This document shows, piece by piece, positions 59,511-64,000 of a stretch of 64,000 nucleotides of DNA. The stretch lies in NCBI RefSeq assembly GCF_024298885.1, contig NZ_CP101166.1:2291149-2355148 (forward strand). Direction: 5' to 3'. A program made the position numbers and the translations under genes. Position 1 is the stretch's first letter; every line of letters starts with the position of its first letter. Below the pieces are notes generated by a model. It did no database searches. It was given only the letters and a program-made list of their open reading frames with translations, and was not told the DNA's origin. Source of the DNA: Haloglomus halophilum. Lineage in GTDB: Archaea; Halobacteriota; Halobacteria; Halobacteriales; Haloarculaceae.

Positions 59511-59594
59511 CGGTTGTGCGAGGCCTCACGCGACGGTGCAAAAGACCTTGCCGTCCGACCGGGGCTTTAGTCATCCCCCGTCGAACGCCCGACC

Positions 59595-60128
59595 ATGCTC
59601 ACCGTCGTCTCCGACACGCACGGCACCGACGACCCACGCCTCGACGGCCGGACCGCGACCGCGGTCGCCGACGCCGAGGCCGTCGTCCACGCCGGGGACT
59701 TCACCACCGAGCGGGTCCTCGATGCCTTCCACGACGCTGCCGGAACCCTCCACGCGGTGTCCGGCAACCGCGACACGGCCGGCGTGACCGACCGCCTGCC
59801 AGCGCGACGCGTCCTCGAGTACGGTGGCGTCCGGTTCGTCGTCGTCCACGGCCACGAGCACAGCGAGCAGGCGCTCTCGCTGGCGGCCCGCGAGGCCGGC
59901 GCTGACTGCGTCGTCGTGGGCCACTCCCATCGGCCGACGCTGCGGGCGCTCGGTGACGTGACGCTGCTCAACCCGGGGAGCCACGCGGACCCACGGCGGT
60001 ACCGGCCCGCCCACGCCGAGCTCGAAACCGACGGCGACGGACTGGCCGGCCGGTTCGTCCAGCCGGACGGGACGCTGCTGGAAGAGTTCAGAATCGACCC
60101 GAGCGCGGGGCCGGCGGGGACCGAGTGA
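59595..60128 (+). CDS. metallophosphoesterase (YfcE/MJ0936-like)
   Basis: VVSDTHG, HAGDF, GNRD, VHGHEH, GHSH metal-ligand motifs. Confidence 0.8.
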   Translation: MLTVVSDTHGTDDPRLDGRTATAVADAEAVVHAGDFTTERVLDAFHDAAGTLHAVSGNRDTAGVTDRLPARRVLEYGGVRFVVVHGHEHSEQALSLAAREAGADCVVVGHSHRPTLRALGDVTLLNPGSHADPRRYRPAHAELETDGDGLAGRFVQPDGTLLEEFRIDPSAGPAGTE

Positions 60129-60304
60129 CGGCGCCGCGACCGGGCGATGCACCGAACCGGGGGACGGTAGGGGAGAGGGCCGAGTGGGGGACCGGGGGGG
60201 AGGGCCGAAGCGTTCGGCGCAGATTCCGATACGGAGGGATATAGAAAATAGTCGCCGGAAGCTCAAAGAGACGTTTTACCAACGAGAGGGGCGCTCGCGG
60301 CGGT

Positions 60305-61312
60305 TCAGCGGTAGGTAAGCGCGACCGCGACGCCCAGCACGATGGCACCGCCCAGGAAGAACGCCACGCCCGGGGGGAGCCCCATGGTCGGGTCGCCGGC
60401 CCCAGCCGCCGCCTCGGTCGTCATCCGGACCGTCTCCGTCACCGTCTCGTTGACCGGGGTAGGCGTCGGGGTCGCCCCCGTCGCGGCACCGTCGGCCGCC
60501 GCCTGCGTGGCGGTCGAGGTCGCTTCGGGGGCCTCGGTCGCCATCGTCGGCTCGGCGGTCGCTTTCGGTGTCCCGGCCGGCGTGGCCGTCGCCGACGGGT
60601 CCGCGGTCGCGGTGGCGCTGCCACCATCGCCTCCGCCGCCGCCGCCGGCGGCAGCCGCCGTCTCGGTGGCGGTAGCGCTCTCGTCTCCCGTGTTGAAGAT
60701 GCCCACGTCGCCACCGCCGCTGGTCGTCTCCGGTGGGGGTGTTCGGGTGGGTGTCTGCTGGGGCGTCTGCGTGGGCGTTCCCGCCCCGGTCACGTTGCCC
60801 GACAGGTCACTGCCGCCCGCGCCACCACCGTCCGAACCGCTCGAGCCGGTGCCGAACAGCGATGGCGCGAGGCGGCCGACGCCGCGGCCGAACACCTCCT
60901 GTACCGCGACCGCACCGAACAGGAGCGCGAAGAGGCCCCCCACAAGTCGCCGGAGCGCCGCACGGATTCCCGAGGCCTGGTCCTCGCGACCGGCGAAGAT
61001 GACCAGCGGCTTGTCCGCCGGTGCGTAGACGTCCATCTCGCGGCCCTTCTCGGAGTAGGCGGTGCCGACGACCTCGATGGCGCCGGCGTCGGAGAGCCGC
61101 TCGAGGTGGTACTGGGCGTTCTGGAGCGTCGTGTCGACCTCGTCGGCGAGCTTCGACGGCGGCAGAGGCTCCTCGTGGAGCGACGACAACATCTCGCGCG
61201 CGGTGTCGGAGGAGAGCGCACGCATCAGCGCGTCCGCCTCGTCGCTGTCGAGGCCGACCACCCGCGGGTTCTCCTCGACGGACACCTCCGGGCTGGAGGG
61301 CAGGAGGCTCAT
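60305..61312 (-). CDS. membrane-anchored winged-helix protein with Thr/Pro/Ala-rich low-complexity region and a PGF-CTERM-like C-terminal helix
   Basis: N-terminal wHTH (TLQNAQYHLERLSDAGAIEV); internal TM LVGGLFALLFGAVAV; TPTQTPQQTPTRTPPPETT...; C-terminal GLPPGVAFFLGGAIVLGVAVALTYR. Confidence 0.5.
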   Translation of the reverse strand: MSLLPSSPEVSVEENPRVVGLDSDEADALMRALSSDTAREMLSSLHEEPLPPSKLADEVDTTLQNAQYHLERLSDAGAIEVVGTAYSEKGREMDVYAPADKPLVIFAGREDQASGIRAALRRLVGGLFALLFGAVAVQEVFGRGVGRLAPSLFGTGSSGSDGGGAGGSDLSGNVTGAGTPTQTPQQTPTRTPPPETTSGGGDVGIFNTGDESATATETAAAAGGGGGGDGGSATATADPSATATPAGTPKATAEPTMATEAPEATSTATQAAADGAATGATPTPTPVNETVTETVRMTTEAAAGAGDPTMGLPPGVAFFLGGAIVLGVAVALTYR

Positions 61313-61447
61313 CACCCGTTCAAACCGGGTGGTCGCGCATGAATCTTGTGTGCGCACGGTCCACTGTGACGGCGCACAGGGCTCCGGACCGGGAGACTGG
61401 CCGCAGGTGTCGAAACGCCTTTGCGCGCGCCGATACCACCGGCGCGT

Positions 61448-61582
61448 ATGGTACAGGTGGACCCGGTACTGGTCGCCATCGTCGCCGTGCTGCTGTTCAT
61501 CGTGTTCGCCCTCTTCCTCCTGTTCCGCCGCACGGTCAAGGGGTTCACCGACGGGCTCCGTGACGGACAGCGCCGCGACTAG
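61448..61582 (+). CDS. possible 44-aa single-TM micro-protein (not on ORF track)
   Basis: Manual translation: MVQVDPVLVAIVAVLLFIVFALFLLFRRTVKGFTDGLRDGQRRD. Confidence 0.3.
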   Translation: MVQVDPVLVAIVAVLLFIVFALFLLFRRTVKGFTDGLRDGQRRD

Positions 61583-61612
61583 CACGCCGACGGCCGGCGC
61601 CACCGACCCGCT

Positions 61613-62524
61613 TCAGCGCAGGTCCCGGTCCCGCTCCCAGGCGCACAGCAGGTCGGCCAGCGTCCGGAGCGTCGGGGCCGCCACACCGTGTGCGTCGGCG
61701 CGGTCGAGCGCCATCCCGAGGATGGCATCGACCTCCGTCCGCCGCCCGGCGAGCACGTCCTGTTGCATCGAGGAGGTGTTCGCAGCGGTCGCGGCCGCGA
61801 CCCGTTCGACGGCCGCCGTCGCCGCCCCGTCCCCGAGGTCGACCCCCTCGGCCCGGGCGACGCGAGCCACCTCGCGCGCCGCACGCCGGGCCACGTCGTT
61901 GCCCGGGCCGTCCAGCAGGGCCCCGTTCTCGACCCGGGCGAGCGCGGTCGGGGCGTTGATGCCGGCGTTGACGGCCAGTTTCTCCCACAGCCGCCGGGGC
62001 ATGTCGGCCGCCACGGTCGTCTCGATGCCGGCGTCGGCGAAGGCGGCCTCCACACGGTCGGCCGTCGCCGAGGCGCCTCCCTCGTGGGGGCCGAGTACCA
62101 CCTCGCCGACGCCGGTGCAGCGGACGACCCCTGGTCCGGGCGACATCGCGCCGTAGGTGCAGGTGCCCGCGAGCACCTCACAGTCGTCGGCCAGCGCGTC
62201 GGCCAGCACCGCCTCGTTGCCCAGTCCGTTCGAGAGCGACAGTGCCGCCCCGAGGTCGAGGTTCGCGTCGGCGAGGTCGCGGGCCGCGGCTCCCGTGTCG
62301 AACGCCTTCGTCGTCACGAGCGCGCAGTCGAACCGGCCGTCCGGGACCGCCGTCGCAGCCGCCGGGTGGACGTGGGTCTCGATGGCCCCCTCGACGGCGA
62401 GCCCGGACGCGCGGATGGCATCGACGTGGGGCGCACGGCCCACGAGCGTCACGTCGTGGTCACGGGCCAGCAGCCCTCCGAGGAGGCTACCGAGCGAGCC
62501 CGCACCGACGACGAGGAACTCCAT
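61613..62524 (-). CDS. panE: 2-dehydropantoate 2-reductase (ketopantoate reductase) family
   Basis: MEFLVVGAGSLGSLLGGLLA Rossmann N-terminus; ApbA/PanE length and conserved Lys/Glu region. Confidence 0.75.
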   Translation of the reverse strand: MEFLVVGAGSLGSLLGGLLARDHDVTLVGRAPHVDAIRASGLAVEGAIETHVHPAAATAVPDGRFDCALVTTKAFDTGAAARDLADANLDLGAALSLSNGLGNEAVLADALADDCEVLAGTCTYGAMSPGPGVVRCTGVGEVVLGPHEGGASATADRVEAAFADAGIETTVAADMPRRLWEKLAVNAGINAPTALARVENGALLDGPGNDVARRAAREVARVARAEGVDLGDGAATAAVERVAAATAANTSSMQQDVLAGRRTEVDAILGMALDRADAHGVAAPTLRTLADLLCAWERDRDLR

Positions 62525-62628
62525 ACCCGTGGGTCCGGGCGAGCGAGTAAAGACGTGTCGTCAGCGACGTGGCTGGAGGCCAGTCGGATAAACGGAGGTG
62601 GTGGCGACGGCCGCACACGATGCCCGCG

Positions 62629-62928
62629 TCAGTCCTGCGCCCAGTAGTAGAGCTCCTCCTCGGCCGCGCCACACGAGGGACACTGCTCGGGCATCTCGTC
62701 GAGGTTGCCGATCTCGCCGCACTCCCAGCACCGCCAGTGCAGTTCCTTGTGGCCCGAGCGTGCGTCGGCCTCGTGGTCGACGGACATCGCCGTCACTCCC
62801 TCCGAGGTGGCGACGTAGAAGCCGTGCTCGTCCAGGCCGCGTACCCGACCGAGTTCGTTCCCGTCCTCGTCGTACACGGTCTCGCCGAACGGTACCTGCC
62901 GCTCGGTGTCTGCCTGTTCGCTGGACAT
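62629..62928 (-). CDS. small hypothetical protein with C-terminal CxxC...CxxC zinc ribbon
   Basis: HWRCWECGEIGNLDEMPEQCPSCGA. Confidence 0.5.
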   Translation of the reverse strand: MSSEQADTERQVPFGETVYDEDGNELGRVRGLDEHGFYVATSEGVTAMSVDHEADARSGHKELHWRCWECGEIGNLDEMPEQCPSCGAAEEELYYWAQD

Positions 62929-63013
62929 GATGCACGGTACCATACGGCGTGCTGCGGCAAAAAGCTATCCGCGCCCACGGCGCGACGGCTGAGGCAGACG
63001 CCGCCCGCGGCGC

Positions 63014-63430
63014 TCACTCCTCGGTGGTCGTCTGGTCGAGATCCTTCTCGCCGAGGTGGATGGCCGCGCCGTCCTGGGCCACCTTCTCCGCGAGCACCGC
63101 GCACTTGACCCGCATCGGGTTCACGTCGATACCCAGCAGTTCGAAGATGTCGTCGCGGTCCATCTCGCGGATCTCGTCGAGCGTCTTCCCGTGGAGGTCC
63201 TGCGAGAGCATGCTGGCCGAGGCCTGCGAGATGGCACAGCCGTCCCCGACGAAGGAGACCCGCTCGACCGTCTCCCCGTCGTCGTCGAGCTTCACGTACA
63301 TCTTGATCGTATCGCCGCACATCGGGTTCTCCCCGACGTGTTCGAAATCCGCATCCTCGAGCTCCCCGTAGTTGCGCGGGTTCTTGTAGTGGTCGAGGAT
63401 CTGCTGGCGATACATGTCACGGCCGCTCAT
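63014..63430 (-). CDS. Fe-S cluster assembly scaffold, SufU/IscU (NifU N-terminal) family
   Basis: NPMCGD...VGDGCAISQASASM...DVNPMRVKCAVL: three conserved Cys of the U-type scaffold. Confidence 0.8.
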   Translation of the reverse strand: MSGRDMYRQQILDHYKNPRNYGELEDADFEHVGENPMCGDTIKMYVKLDDDGETVERVSFVGDGCAISQASASMLSQDLHGKTLDEIREMDRDDIFELLGIDVNPMRVKCAVLAEKVAQDGAAIHLGEKDLDQTTTEE

Positions 63431-63545
63431 TGTCGTCCGTGGATAGTGGACTGCGGCGCAAAAGGCTTCGCTTCCGGACACCGCCATCGCCACCCGCGGC
63501 ACGCGGTGTCGCAAGGCACATACGCCCCCATTCCGACCCGCAGGT

Positions 63546-64000
63546 ATGAGCGACGGGGACGTCGAGGCGGACGGAGATGCCGAGAGCGACGGGGGGCTCT
63601 CGGCCGAGGGCGACTTCATGCTCATCTTCGGGCTCTCGGCGGCAGTCGTCACCGGACTCTACGCCCTCGGCGGCGGCCTCCCGACGGCCCTCCTCCTGGG
63701 TACCATCGCGTCGGTCGCCTCGCTGGGCGCCGTCGTCGCCGACCTCACCCGCCCCGACTTCCGCCCCTCGACCGGCCTCCACAGCCTCATCACGCTGTCG
63801 GCTGCCGCGGGCGCGCTCGTCGCGTACGTCTACAGCAACGCCCTCCTCACCGCGACCGGCCTCGGCGTCGTGGCCATCGCCAACGCCGGCCGCGTGTTCG
63901 AGGTGGACTTCCGTGACGACGACTCGCTGCTCGACCCGCTGGAGGAGGACGGGGACGAAGACGAGGCCGAGGACGGCGAACCGACCGAGGCCGCCGAAGA
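63546..64000 (+). CDS. membrane protein, 3'-partial (runs off the window)
   Basis: Manual translation MSDGDVEADGDAESDGGLSAEGDFMLIFGLSAAVVTGLYALGGGLPTALLLGTIASVASLGAVVADL...; no stop codon before position 64000. Confidence 0.4.
   Translation, partial: MSDGDVEADGDAESDGGLSAEGDFMLIFGLSAAVVTGLYALGGGLPTALLLGTIASVASLGAVVADLTRPDFRPSTGLHSLITLSAAAGALVAYVYSNALLTATGLGVVAIANAGRVFEVDFRDDDSLLDPLEEDGDEDEAEDGEPTEAAE

Overview
A 64-kb chromosomal segment from a high-GC haloarchaeon (Halobacteria-type codon usage, acidic proteins, Tat/lipobox and PGF-CTERM signals) carrying about 65 protein-coding genes. No rRNA, tRNA, CRISPR array or transposase was found. Recognisable housekeeping content: rplX-pfdA-ftsY, a histone/HDAC operon (hpyA-hdaI type), ALDH, riboflavin synthase, corA, cysS, a complete succinylase-branch lysine cluster (dapA-dapB-dapD-lysA-dapF-dapE), SPFH/stomatin, PAN, pepF, a full pst operon (pstSCAB-phoU with a divergent phoU-like regulator), rpl15e, arsR-arsC, alaS, an XPD/Rad3-like helicase, CDF and ZIP metal transporters, panE and a SufU/IscU-type scaffold. 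Two paralogous genes each fuse a very long pentapeptide-repeat beta-helix to a C-terminal 2-TM pore-loop channel domain. The copy at 4218-6614 keeps an intact K+ selectivity-filter signature (TTIGYGN); the copy at 32635-34464 has a degenerate filter and sits head-to-head with a tandem winged-helix regulator. A previously unclassified hairpin-rich intergenic repeat family occurs in at least five to six copies. One locus is an inverted pair that, with a third copy, brackets a zupT-SDR cassette; one copy sits inside the lysine operon between dapD and lysA; one sits upstream of rpl15e. Other items are several perfect tandem DNA repeats, a condensation-domain (HxxxDG) acyltransferase next to arsR-arsC, a PGF-CTERM surface protein with poly-Q and PT-rich repeats, and several small zinc-ribbon or membrane ORFs. 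All coordinates and calls come from reading the sequence and the ORF track. No database search was run.
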